Of a DNA stretch of 64,000 nucleotides, positions 12,080-25,820 are shown in pieces. This stretch comes from Lytechinus pictus (Eukaryota): the NCBI RefSeq assembly GCF_037042905.1, contig NC_087251.1, positions 16,928,001-16,992,000 of the forward strand. Direction: 5' to 3'. The notes under the pieces are model-generated. The model did not search any database, was not told where the DNA came from, and saw only the letters and a program-made list of their open reading frames with translations. Both the position numbers and the translations under genes were made by a program. Within the stretch, counting starts at the first letter, position 1. The number at the start of each line of letters is the position of its first letter.

Positions 12080-13207
12080 TAGCTAACATGTACAAGTTTT
12101 CTTCTTAATAAGTGCAAACCAAATGCCAAATATAAATTTATCAAAAAGAAACAAGTTAGTTTGACAACACATCTGAGGAAAAGATGTTATAGGAAAGAAG
12201 CGGTAATTTGCACTGCCACACCTTGGCGCTCGTCCCGCCTTTTATGTGAGTCGTGTTTGCACCAGCATGACGTCATTATTGTTCAAACCACTAGCAATTG
12301 TTTTCTGAAGGCAAGAAAAGGGTTCACGCTCTAGCAAAGGGTTATGCATATGAAATAAAGCAATTGCTAAAGCATGATATTTTGCTTAGCTATCTATTGC
12401 TAATGCTTGAAGCAATTGCTTGTCAGCAAACTCAGCAATTACTACTTTTTATGCATCTGACCCAATGTGTTAAAATAAATAACATCCTTTGTACATGTTG
12501 CAAGCTTTAGCTCTTAGGTCAGGGATTTCTGACGTTGTTGTGTTTCTTTTTAAGTGTTTTTTTTTCAATATCGTATAAAACGTCATGCGCTTGAATCGTT
12601 GCTTCGTTACGTTATCTTTAAAATACCAAATCATGAAGAAGTATAATATAATTGGAAATTAAATTCATAAACTTTCTTTCGTTCGAACCGAGATCGAAAA
12701 CTGAACGAATATTTAGCGCTTTCATTTGGATTCCTTTTCTAAGATGAAAACAGGCTCCGGTTTTCAATTGTAGAATATTTTAATTTCATATACACGCTGT
12801 ACAAATAGCGCCACCGTTTGCCAAAACAAAGGCACAGTGAGGAAGGTAATTGTTAAACTGCCAATTTCAGGAAGAGAGCTGTGCAGGGGGACAAAACACA
12901 CACTAAGTAAAATCAAATCAAATGAAATAAATAAAACAGTATTCCAAGATAAGTTATACTTCCAACATGTCGCTTTTGCAAAAAAAAAGACAGACAGATT
13001 AAATATCACGCATAAATTGATAGAAATAATCGACATCTCCTAGAAGTGAAATTGATACATTGGGTGCACTCAGATTATCCCCTTCATTGTATACCCTATA
13101 CCATATTGATACATAAGCTAGCAAAATGACATAGTCTGGCGATAAGTGCATTATGTACATGAAAATCATGAAAATGAAAAGCTCGCATTAATTCTCTTGT
13201 TGGATAC

Positions 13208-13681
13208 TTTTCTGTCTCACCTGCATAGCAGAGTGAGACTATATAGGCGCCGCTTTTCCGACGGCGGCGGCGGCGGCGTCAACATAAAATCTTAACGAAG
13301 GTTAAGTTTTGGAAATGACAGCATAACTTAACAAGTATATAGACATAGTTCATGAAACTTAAACATAAGGTTAATCGAGTATTACTGAACATCCTGCTTG
13401 ATTTTCAGGTCACATGATCAATAGCAAAGGTTATTTAGGGTCAATGGACTTAGACCATGTTGGGGGAATCGACATCAAACTCTTAACCTAAGGTTAAGTT
13501 TTTGAAATGTCATCATAAATTCGAAAGTATATGAACCTAGTTCATGAAATTTGGCCATAGAGTAATCAAGTATCACTGAATATCCTGTGCGAGTTTCAGG
13601 TCACATGACTAAGGTCAAAGGTCATTTAAGGTCAATGAACTTTGACCATTTGGGGGTATTTGTATCCTAACTCTGAAAGTG
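13208..13681 (+). mobile_element. Third copy of the Helentron-associated element, 3'-truncated
   Basis: TGTCTCACCTGCATAGCAGAGTGAGAC start, (CGG)n and about two monomers homologous to 6126-6520, then an abrupt break. Confidence 0.75.
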
Positions 13682-13905
13682 TATTGGCAGAAAAAATTGG
13701 CGGAAAAAATAAAGCCAAAATATATATCTCATCAATCAGAAATCACTTCAAAAAGGCTTTGCTCAACTTAATTACTTGAAAATACACAACTACTTCACGC
13801 AGTTGAAAATCTCATGGTGAAAATACTAGTTTGCACCAAAGCGCCCATTTTTACATAAAAGTGCCCTTTTTGCCCCCCAAACGAAAATACGTTCCGCCGC
13901 TCCTG
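13682..13905. mobile_element. Right arm of a CAG/CTG-terminated MITE fused to the truncated element
   Basis: Ends GTGCCCTTTTTGCCCCCC...GTTCCGCCGCTCCTG, similar to right ends of the other CAG...CTG elements. Left end absent. Confidence 0.45.
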
Positions 13906-15589
13906 CTTAATGATTCCTGGGTTGTGGAACATACTTAACATTTTCTGTCTGCTCGATTTGTGGCTATTATGGAGAGTGAGACGTAGGTTTCGAGATAAAT
14001 TGAATTTATTTCGTTGTGAATGGATCGGGTTAACTGCGCGTGTGTATATGGACCATAGAGATGTATACTAATAATCTCTATGATGGACCTACAGTATAAC
14101 CAACCATGCTGTGTGACACTGGCGCCTTGATTGTGTTTAAGGTTGAAGGATCGGACAAGGAAGAAAGCATAGCAAACTTTCTGAATACAAGCGATTGTTG
14201 CAGTATACACCCATAGTTTGGACTCCTTTTAGACCCCCCCCCCCGATTTTTGTTTGTTGGCAAAGAAGTAAAATCTAGGTTATAATGTAATTGATAGCTC
14301 CAATAACTCATATAAGTGGGTTTTGTGATTGAAAGAAAGCTATTGTAGCGCCATGGCGCACGAACTCAATGAATATTTCTTTTACGTAATTATATCGGCT
14401 CAGTATATCATTATAGTCATAAACTGGTCATGTTGTCACGTTTTTTTAAACAAAATCTTTGAAAATAGGCTTAGTGTTTTGGACATGATTTATCAACTGC
14501 TAATGATTGGTTTAGAAAATCCATACACTTAGAATCTGGAATTCATTTTACCTCACTAAAAATTGATCCCACTCATAATTGTGAAACATCCCAGATATTT
14601 ATGAAACACTGAATGTATCGAACTATAATGTAATACATATCAAGGTCTCCACCTATTCATACATGTAACTCTTTGTGTGCTGAATTAACTCTGAGGGCAC
14701 AATGATGAATTATTTGTCATGTTTACTTGGAAATATTTCTTATAGCACCATTAATGTTGTTGATTAGTTTTTCTGGTACAAATCAGAAAGGCAATTTTGC
14801 GCTCACAAGTTTCAATTCTGGCTTACAGATGGGGCAATGCCACACCCATTCCCTTAAAAAAAAAAGGGGGGGGGAGTTAATTATAAGAAAAGTGTAAAGT
14901 ACTAACTAATTCTGGAAATCATGTTGAAGTCCATCATGCGATTAAAATATTCATCATTTCAATTAGGACACTTTCTTGCTTACTCGCAACTTTTTCAGTA
15001 TCCCTCTAACAAACCATGTTCTGCCTTCTCTTTTTTATCCCCACTGCATTTGATTTATTTCAACTGTAGCGATGATACAATCTTCTTTATGGTATTGACT
15101 TGATTTATTTGACTGAATTTCGTTGGAAATGAAATAAAGACGATTTAAAGTAAACAAAAAGTAATAATAATTTAATTCACAATTGATGAAGACGGTTAAC
15201 GAGAAAGCATCAAAATGATGATCAACCATATATTTATAATTATTTCTTCCCCTTTTCAATTTCCTAAACCTAATTTCGACATTCTATATCAAGTTATTAA
15301 GTGTTCTACGAGTTTCATTGACCCAACGAATGATATAAATGTGTCAGGAAACCGCCAAATCGAACACTGGTAATCCCCAAATCACAGGGAGGAAAGAAGA
15401 AGCGTGAATTGATGATTCAAAGCTTACCGAGTCAAGCCCTAAAACTCATTCGGATTAGTTTCATATTACCCTCTGGATTTACAATCTGGTTCTTTTCCTT
15501 CCTATCTACTTGTAGTTATGTTGGATGACATTCCAAATCGAAGTGTTGCTCCTTATATTCTAAATAAAGGTCGAGTAAAGGTCTACCAA

Positions 15590-15770
15590 CTGCTGGGTAA
15601 AAAGAACATTAGTGCTTGTTGGCAAAAAATGTGAAAAATGTTACCAATAATAATATATAGAAAAATATGTTTAAATTTTCTCATTGTGTGACCCAATTTT
15701 ACCCAACTAACATGCGTGTCCCCTTTCACCCAAAATTTGTGGAAGTTTTACTTAGTCGTATTTAAACACC
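15590..15770. mobile_element. Degenerate relative of the 11865 MITE
   Basis: GGGTAAAAAGAACATT...TTTTACCCAACTAACATGCGTGTCCCCTTTCACCCAA resembles 11890-12050. Termini decayed. Confidence 0.45.
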
Positions 15771-16118
15771 ATTAAAACAATTAACCACACTAAAGAAAAT
15801 GTCATAAAAACACATTGAGATTTTATCATAAATCAGAGATATGCATATTATGCAAATGAGAGGGCAGATGATGTCACAAGCAATGTTGTACCGTTAATTA
15901 GATTTGTATACATTAAAGCAAATATAATAAACCCAAATGAGTAACCATTATGGTTTAAAAATGACGCTTTTATATGCTTTACATCATGAGCAGACTAAAT
16001 GCAAAATAAAAACATTTGAACGTCCCCCAAAAAAGTAAGAGAGTGAAGACATCTGCTTTTCATGCACATACCGCCCTCGTCATGACTATTTTTTATTGCT
16101 GAAATTCTGCAAGTTCTG

Positions 16119-16274
16119 GGGAGCGTTACATGAAAGGACTTGTCAGACGTTTTATCCAACAAGTCCCATTTTATCCGACAGTTACCATAGTAACCGTGCT
16201 TCTCATCCAATCACATTCAAGCAAAGTTGTCTGATCTGACAACTTGTCGATGAAAATGTTGATGAAACGCTCCC
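16119..16274. mobile_element. Short Harbinger-like MITE
   Basis: TIR GGGAGCGTTACAT...ATGAAACGCTCCC. Flanks CTG and CGG form an imperfect 3-bp TSD. Confidence 0.7.
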
Positions 16275-19200
16275 CGGATCTAAATTTGAGATAAACTCTG
16301 CCTTTAATGAATTATATGAAAATTAATATAAAAAAGGGGGATTTTCACTGTGCATGCAGTAGTATAAAAGGAGTGTAAATTCTGTTTTGATCCTGGAAAT
16401 CATTTGAATTACGATGTTAACTCAGTAATCATTTAATTTCAAGTCTTTTATTTTAACAACTAAATAACAGCTTCCTAACCACCGTTAAAAGGACTCTATA
16501 ATAGAATACTCATGGGTTTATGTTTTTATCGTGTTAAATTCTTTTCATCTTAAAATAACTACACTATTCATAGGGCAGGAGACTAGAAAATGGAATCTGA
16601 TATTTTTAGATTATGAAAATTGAATTTGTCAAAATCAAAGTCTTATTCTCGTCATCCTGATCAAAGATCTGTTATTAATCTCTTTAAGTATTCCAATAAT
16701 CGTCTGTGTATTTCCCGACCTGTTTTCCATGGCGCCTCGTTTCCGGATCACGTGGTTTTGTGAAAACTCGGAGCTTTCCTTCCCACGTCGATGAATTATT
16801 ACTGGCGTCCTTATACGGACTACCAATAGGATAACACAAATTTGATTCAATTACAGTCTAGTTTCTCATCGGAAAAACACAAAATTTACAACGTCTGAGC
16901 AATTTGAAACCGCAAGTCTGTGGAGTTACAACATCATTTTAAACTTTCCATCTAAGATATACATAGGACATTGAACAAATAGCAGTATTGCAAAAAACAT
17001 ATGAAATGATAATAAAATACACTAATGATTTACCATGCTTACTCTCTTTGAGAATAACATGAAGAAATGTATACCTATATACATGTATAATTATGTAATT
17101 TGATTTCTCTGATTGATTGTCAATGTTGTTGCTACTTTTTGTACAAGTCTTGTTAATGCACTATTTCGAAAATATAATTGATTATGTTGATTGCGCTATT
17201 ACAATGGTATACTAGTCGGTCAAATCTGAAAAGTTTATGCTGTGTGGGCAAATTTTACTGTGGCACTCCTATATAGACTCTGTGACGGGAGTATGAATAT
17301 TACTGCCGTATAATATAATCCTCAAGTTCCTCAGCAGCTCAGAGAGCTGGATTGATTATAAAAACGGAAAGCTGCTGCCAATTCCTTATTGGAATCCAAA
17401 TGAAATTGAAATCGTTTGGCAACGCCTTAAACCATTGAGCATCAACATATCCATAACCAAAGGCAGAATATCTTTGGCAGATCTGATTTTAATCGCATAT
17501 TTCTGTATTGACTCATGATTTGCATGTCTCCAACACTGTCTCCAATGATCAGAACTATTCCTTATGAATTTTATTGAGAGTATTTTATCAACTGGCATCC
17601 AATTGGAGTCTCTCACCATTTCCCCGCTTTTTAATTCCAAATTTGTCGACGTAGGACGATAAGATCGAATGTATAATTCGAGTAATGGGAGTAAAGTGTT
17701 ATAATTCGCTTTCAAAGATCGCTTGATGACGAATTCATGGCACGATTTTGCACTTTGAGATTCAAACCATGATTAGAAGCTTGTAATCCCCAAAACACTT
17801 AAGTTCTAAGAAAAGAAAGATTTGTGTAAAGTGCACTTTTGTGCACTTTCTGTAGATATGAAGTCGGTGAAGCTACTGTAGAAAAAAAGTACACAAATAG
17901 GCCTATATACGCAAACATACAAAATAAACTGAGGTGTGGATTGGGCACCTAATTCAGAATCTGACGGTGGATTCTCACTTCTGGATATGCATGGACCTAT
18001 CACAATAGGTCCATGTGATATGTAACAGTGTCCCTGAGAGGAAATCTAGAATCGGTGGCATTTTCAATGATATTTATGACTTCACAATTATTTCATTAGA
18101 AGCCCATGAAATTTGGCGAGCCCCCATGATGGATTTTCACTGCCCGCAATAATGTGTTTTATTAAGCACCACACGCGGACCCCCACTCTCTTGAAAATGT
18201 AAATACCACAAAATATGGAATCGTCGACGGTTTGTGATTTAAAAACCATCTTCTATTTATTTTTTGTTTGTCCAATGTCGATGTTTTTGGAGTTGATAAC
18301 CTTTTTTGTCTTCTTTCTTTGCAAGATTTCTGAAGCCGAAAATGCCGACTTATTTAACCTCCAGTGTACGATGACTCCCAACTCTCCGAAAACGGTTTTA
18401 GACGGAATACTTCCAATCTGGGAGGCTATGTTTGAAGTGATCAATTAAGTCTTTGTCTGTGAATATAAATGTACGTGATATTTCTATCATGCATGCCAAT
18501 TGTAATGATTGCTTGTTGATATCCTGACGATTCGATCTTTTTGGTAACTGTTTGGTTTATGCAATCTATAACCCTATATTTAATATAATTATGTAACGAC
18601 AGTGTAGTGCAGTACACTTCCCTTACATTACACGCAATTCCACAAACGCTAATCCAATAATGATCATCTAATTATTTATACCTTTGCCAACAGCGGTCAG
18701 AACACGTACAACTAATCTCTTCCACTCTTTCCCCTTCTCCGTTCCTCTCTCTCTCAAACCTGGACATCAGGCTAAGACAGGATCTCCTGGTTAAAGGTTA
18801 AAGGATGCGAGCCAAAAAAGTTCGTTAATTAGAAACACATGAATTTCAGGTCCTAAACTCTAATAAAGTCGATAGTTTATGATTCCGAATGATGCCACAC
18901 GATTCACAATAGAATACATTAATATAATTTTGAACTGGCCCCCAAGGTGCTAACGCTTTTCGTAGTTTCCAGCAATGTTTTGCAACCAATTTCCTATAGA
19001 CATGATATATCACTGGGTTATGAAAGTTGTACCATATACAGTACTATATAACCTAAACTTCAAATGCGATACACTATTGTTCAATATTTCAGTCCCATTA
19101 TACTCATCTAACAGTTGGGGCCTGGGAGTGCTGATAATTACAGCCAGCATGGCCAGGTGTCTACACCTATTATACCTACACAATTACCAATTTATACAAA

Positions 19201-21894
19201 ACTGAAACCATGCTAAAATAGTTTAATAAACTATGTTATAGTTCAAATTCAGACTAAGAGTTTTTTTAGACCAACAGAGTGTGTTAATTTTAGTAGTCTA
19301 AGGATTTTACATGATATTCATATTTATCCTGGGACTCGAATGTTAAATATAGGCCTGATATTAAGTTCTGCCGACAGATTCAGACTCAACTAGTGAAATA
19401 CTCACATCTATAATTTCTACTCAAAAGACATCCATTTCAAAAACTTAGAGGGTTTTCTTACATGCCTTATGAAAATTTCAAATCTGTTCAATTTTGTGTT
19501 ATAAAATCAATTATTCATGATTGCGCCCTTATACCTAATAATTTGTTTTCATCAAAAGTTGTATTGTGGCCTTTTTAAGGTGTCTGCCATTTGTTTCAGA
19601 AGTCGAAGAAGTTCAGATGTGCTAAAACTAAAGAATCTAAACACATTCCAACAAAATGAGCTTTAAAATGTTTGTATGCTGTAAACACTCTTCTGTTAGA
19701 CCAGAAATGTGCAACAAATGTTCCCGGTGTCGCATTGCTAAACATGCTAACTTGGACCCTTTTAAAGAATGTTTAAATAAATGATATTATCCATCCATCT
19801 CTCTGGTAAAAAAAAAGAAGCAATCTGTAGAAATGAGCTGAAGTAAGTCTGGCATTATGTTTGTTAGTTATCATGGTTATGTGTCTTTTTCCAAAATCTG
19901 TGATTAATACGCGTGCCGATTGCTCACCAGCAGCCATTTTCTGCTTTGTTGATTTTTTTTTCAGGTACTCTGTTATTTTACTTGTTTCAATTACTTCAGA
20001 ACATTTGACCTGATTTGAATATGCTAGAACTTACTACCATATACGAGATATAGATCTATGACAGGATGAAAATTCACATTGATTATGTCCATGACGTGGA
20101 AGACTTTCTCCCATTGCTCACTCTCATTACTTGACTTTTGTTTTAAAATCGAAAGTTGTAACACCCCTATGAAGAGTGTGAGTACTGGGCCAACCCTGTG
20201 ATTACAAACCACCTCTCTGTCAGATCCACATTCCTATCTTATATCACAATTATGAAGTGAATTGCCTATTATCTGATTCCCTACTACGTCACAACATGTA
20301 TCTTGGCTGGCATGACAGCTTTCTGGTAATTGCCGCAGATCGGGGCATTATACCCCACAAAAGAAATCACGCAGATTCAAAACGAGGTGTAACGCAATAT
20401 TGGCAATATTCAAAGAAATGTAGCTCGGAGAATGGTTTTTTACGATGAAGTAGATTTTCTTCGATAATGAATCACCCCCCCCCCCCCTCTCATAAGAGCA
20501 TGTTGGGGAGCGGAGGAAAGGAAAGTCGAAAAAACGTATTGATTCTTAGCACCTTTCCTCTATTTTTTGAGAAAAAAAAGCTAGTTAGTAGTTTTACGAT
20601 AAAGATAAATTATAATTCACATGACGTGTATATAGTTTAAGAAGATGGATGGGAATGTCTCAAGTTGATTCGATACGATTTGTAGGCTTACTCAATTGGA
20701 TGACGAAGAGATGTTGAGGATTGAGATTGAGAGACCGTGTAAAAAATGCGATTGACCGAAGACGACGAATAAAAATCAAATCTTTATTTTTTTTATAGGT
20801 TTTTAATTATGTCCTGTGAAAATGTAGATAATTGTCCATATATTCACTGAAAAAACAGTGTTGCAATGATACTCTCCAATCGAAACTTCTTTATTATCTT
20901 CCTGTCAAGCTTTAAAAGACGATGCGAAGCACCCCACGCAGTCAATCGACAAGTGAGTTTTGACGGTTTAGCCACAAACAACTTAAAACCTGTCATACAA
21001 AACAATTACATACAGAGATGAAAGAACAAAATGAAACGTGCATTCCACAAATATATGATTTATTAAATTTTTATATTCTGGGAAAACCAAATGAAAAGTT
21101 TTAAAAAGTGCAAAACCTTTGGTATACCCTTGCTGATCGCGCTGATTGAATTTGTGGGGAATAAATTTAGTCAGGTAGATGATGAAAAGATAAAGACATC
21201 TCAGAATAGACAGGGAAGGGTAGATATAAAGAGCACTGATTCCAACCAAACATTTTTCCATTTTGTAATCTTTCTTCTGCATTATCAAAGAAAACGAGTT
21301 GAGCCCTACTGCATCGGGTAAACCTTAAATATATATATATTTTTGCTGCTGTTTTATTGAAAATTACATGGGTCGAAATATATAAACAGTTATCCCCAAA
21401 AATCTGTTCTGTGCCAAAAAAAAATGGTTATTTCTGGCTTTTCATTTTCGACGTAAGGGGAGGCATTAGAAAAATGATATAATCAATTTAAAAAAATAAA
21501 AAATTCACGACCCTAAAAAATATTTTTTTCTTTTAACATATTAAATAAATAAAAACATTATTTTGTCAAAGATGTACATGTGAAATGTCAGACCGGCCAT
21601 AGATACCCAAAACTTCAATTTAAAATCTTGATGTAGAAAAATACAATGCAACAGTTTAAAATGAAAATTCATATTTACAAGATGTTGAGGGGACGGGAGT
21701 GAACTCTCGCCCCCAACCCCTACCAATTTGTACATCGGTTTGCACATTTGTACATGTTGGTGTTGAAATTGAGGATACATGAATGCTTGAATATGTGAAT
21801 TGTTGTGTAAATTTAATCAGATGATGACGTGGAAGATTGAACCAAAAGCATGAATGGAACCATATTTCTTGCACTACAGAATTTTTCAAAATTT

Positions 21895-22110
21895 GATTTC
21901 TTTCAATCGTTTTTTCATTTACTCTTTACTTTTTATTTCTGTTTGTATCTTTGTCTTTTTAAATCTGATTTATTCCTCATAATTTTTTTTCTCTGTTTTT
22001 ATTTTTATTTTTATTTCTTTCTTTCTTTCTTTCTTCATCTCTTTCTCTCTCCTTTCTATTCATTCCCCATTCCTTCCTCTCTCTTCTTCCTATTTTTCTA
22101 TCATCTTATT
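21895..22110. repeat. Pyrimidine-rich low-complexity tract
   Basis: T/C-rich run that generates the spurious Phe-rich ORF 21850-22158. Confidence 0.8.
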
Positions 22111-24466
22111 CATGAGTACATTAAGTTCCATAACCTGCATAATATTCTTGATACGTGACATTTAGAATCATTAAGACAGACGTTCAACAATCCTGACCAT
22201 CCGCCACTCTATCACATCACGTTTACATGGGATAATGTCGCCATGGTAACGTGAAACATGAAATAGGTCATAACGATATAAGAGGAAAAAGTTGTAATAA
22301 CAAGGCCAACCGGTTCACGAAATCACCCAGTTTCCACCTTCCCAGGCCTACTTGAAGTATCGCTGACATGGAATAATTGAATCATTGGTAATGTAAGACT
22401 GATTCATCAACAAGTTGTGATTGTATAAGGATGATTTTTTTATTGATCAAAATTATCAAATTATTGTTTTTTTATCAATAGTATGAAAGTATTCATTGAT
22501 TCAATCCAGCTCTCATTGACATTTTCGAGCATCATTTTTTTATACCACATTCTTACCCCTACCCCTATCCCTCCCCGAGAATTGTATCTAGGTACGGTCG
22601 AGCTGCTGGGGTATGTGTATACCTTCCTTTCTTGTTACCACCCGTTATATCAAATCAAACGGGTCAGTCGTGGTTGAATAACTCTAAAAGAGCTCGAAAT
22701 TCAGACCAACCTCACATTTGACTAGAATCTGCAAACAATCAGTCGTCACAATTCTTTCGAATATTTGACGAATACACATTCCGGCAGGTATTTGCACGGG
22801 AATTATAGCAGCGATGACAGATCACTCTTTTTTCATTTCTTTCATTTTCTTTTCTTGAAAAAAAAATCTCTCTCAAGAAGACGAAATGTAGGTTAAAAAG
22901 ACGGGAAGAATTCCTGCGAGGATGCGAAAGGAATAACTTTAATCTGACCCCGTCAAAATAACTTTGTTCACGTTTGACTTGTATTCGACCTTACGTTCTT
23001 TTTGAAGGTGGCAGACAAGTGTGTCAACATGGTCAACACTGCACTCTTCAAATTCTCGGCCAGATTACTGCCACATTTCTGTTGAGTGAGGTTTTCATTT
23101 TTCTCTCTCAAAATTATAAAATATCCATTATTTCGATGTTTATTGTCTAAACTAATTACGAGTCGATTTGTGCTTGAAGGTGCACTGAGGGAGTCAGTTC
23201 GTGATAAATTACATTAAATAAAAAAAGAAAAACAAACAACCAAAAATAATAGTATTAAAACAAATCAGGCATCATTAATCTATTGCGATTAAAATAATGA
23301 AACACATTATTAGATTTCCTTAAAATAATGTAAAATAAATTTGCCGGGGGAGGGGGGAAGGCAATGCAAGTGCATCTATTCCTGGCATCTATTCTGATTA
23401 ATTTTTTAATGGCAATGTGAAATGGTATTTTGTAATTTTCGTCACTACAAGGTCACGGATGACAGCGCCTAGGTTCACAATAAGGTGAGTCGTCGCGGTA
23501 TCTGGTCTTCCGATTCTTAGCAAGAAAGAAGATAGGATGAACTGCTTACTTGATATTAGCGTGCATGCATCTCGGAGAAAGGTCAAAATTCCGTTAGTTC
23601 ACAAAACAGCTTTTTTTCTGGCAAGATGGCGTTCAAAATACATGAAAACACTTGCAACACTGATCAGAACAGTCTGAAGATGTAGGCCTAAATGTGAAAG
23701 AATGTTTGATGATTAGTACATTGACCTACAAGCCTACATCTTGAATGTCAATAGACCACTGGACATACCATTCATCATCCGTGCTTGAATAGTCCAGTCA
23801 AGGACAAATTCTTACCTTCTATTGACAAAGTCACGATCAACGATGCGCAGAAACAGTCGGTGGTGTTTCGGGTTGTGGGAGAAGAAGGGGGTGGGGGACA
23901 GGTTGGAGAAATATCGTGAATCGTGTCGGCCTACGTAATTTTTTATTATTGTTTGCTTGTTTTATGAAAAAAAATCGAAGTCAAATTGCAGTATTAACTC
24001 ATAATCAGTGATATCAAACTAGGTGCTGGGGACTGGAAGCCTAGAAAATTAAAATATATATATATTTTGCAACACCATATGAAATTTCGTGGAAAATGAT
24101 CTTGCTGGTTGCATTTTATACTACATACAAAATCTCTGACAATAATTTTGGTTCACTATCTTCACTTGCTCGCAAATTTTCAGAAATAGTGCACTGTCTA
24201 AGAGAGCATATCCTTTTCCAAGAATCAATAATTGCCCCATTACATTACTGCAGGGCAGCATTTATTTTGATAGATACGTATTACAATCTTTTGACCCCCT
24301 CACTGAAAAAATCTTGATTTTTCACAGGACAGCAAGTTATAGTCGTTCTTAATACAGTGAAGTGAACGAGTCACAATTTGCGTTAAAATACAGACTTTTC
24401 AACAAATAAATGTGAATTAAAAAATATTTGTATTTGTCCTCAACAGTCTATTTAATGAAAACTTAA

Positions 24467-25047
24467 AGGGATGGTCCGGGCTGAAAATATTTATATCTTA
24501 ATACATAGAGTAGAATTCACTAAGCAAAATGCCGAAAATTTCATAAAAATCGGATAACAAATAATAAAGTTATTGAAGTTTAAAGTTTAGCAATATTTTG
24601 TGAAAACAGTCGTCATGAATATTTATTAGGTGGGCTGATGATGTCACATCCCCACTTTCTGTTTTCTTATGTTATTACATTAAATTATATTTTTTTCATT
24701 ATTTCATACTTGTGTGAATAATATGTCTCCCTTATGGTGAAATAAGTTGCAGCGATAAATATCTAATTCACTAAATCAGTTGTCCATCCAATTTTTCTAC
24801 TTCTTGGAGGAAAAAAATTGAATAAACCTAATTTCATATAATAAAATACAAAAGAACAAGTGGGGATGTGACATCATCAGCCCACCTATGAATATTCATG
24901 ACGACTGTTTTCACAAAATATTGCTAAACTTTAAAATTCAATAACTTTGTTATTTGTTATCCGATTTTGATGAAATTTTCGGCATTTTGCTTAGTGAATT
25001 CTACTCTATTTATTGAGATATAAAAACTTTCAGCCCGGATCATCCCT
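24467..25047. mobile_element. Complete non-autonomous Kolobok-type DNA transposon with long inverted arms
   Basis: TTAA TSD (24463-24466 and 25048-25051). Termini AGGGATGGTCCGGGCTGAAA / TTTCAGCCCGGATCATCCCT. Near-perfect ~200-bp inverted arms containing GATGATGTCACATCCCCAC. Confidence 0.9.
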
Positions 25048-25554
25048 TTAATTGCAATGTGGCCCAGGCCACACCGAGATCTTTAAAATAAAAGCATAAT
25101 TTGTAATGGCAAAATATCGGTCGGGGTCGCCGGAAGCTATGTGCCCTTTCAATGCTTGGGAGGAGTCACTTCATGTAAACCTAGGGTTAATTGACATGAA
25201 TAAACCTGACACTTTTAGTATACCCCGAGTTCACCTTCATGAAAAAATGAGTAATTCTGCTCAGTGAAATCTGATATTTTGGTGGAATTCAATACAATAA
25301 CCGTTCATTTACAATCTTGCCTCTACAGGGACTAGACGTCAGATCCAAGACTAATGAAAGTGAAAGATAAGGGCGAGATCGGTCTGTAGAGACGAGACCA
25401 TCTGGACTGGTCAATGATCTAGTGGGCTGCCCGGTGATGTCGTAGACGGGAATAAGAGGGGATGTGGGGGGCGGGCCATCGTAGATGCCCCCACGAATTA
25501 TTTTGATCTCCAATTGATAGTTGAGTACTTAATGTACATTACTTTGATCTTTTT

Positions 25555-25820
25555 GATTTGTTTGTTCACTCATTTATTATTATATATATCTATTATTCTA
25601 TATATCTATTATTCAATTTGTTTTATTCGTTTATTTATTCATTAATTCATATATCATGTTATTAATTTATTTTGTATAAATTCATTTTTTCAATCAATTA
25701 GAAAACAAATTTTTATCTACATGTATTTGTGTATTCGTTCGCTTTTAGAATTTTTTTTTACTTATTCATTCATACGTCTTTTATTCGTTTATTTATCTCT
25801 TTATTCGTTTATTTTTTTAA
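25555..25820. repeat. Degenerate (ATTT/ATTC)n low-complexity tract
   Basis: Recurrent TTTATTCGTTTATTTATT-like units. Confidence 0.6.

Larger units (their letters stand above)
5055..12464. mobile_element. Old TIR element forming the outer shell of a nested transposon stack
   Basis: Left end GTCACATGCATAATATGTAGAAATTGCT (from 5057) matches, with mismatches, the reverse complement of the right end AGCAATTACTACTTTTTATGCATCTGAC (to ~12461). Both arms are rich in TTGCT/AGCAA subrepeats. TSD not resolved. Confidence 0.6.

Noticed and set aside
17386..18448. Possible decayed minus-strand coding sequence (109-aa and 63-aa ORFs)
   Set aside because: No recognisable family motif or convincing splice sites, and frames are interrupted by stops. 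A BLASTX search would be needed to rescue it.
21850..22158. Hydrophobic membrane-protein-like ORF
   Set aside because: Translation of a T/C low-complexity tract.
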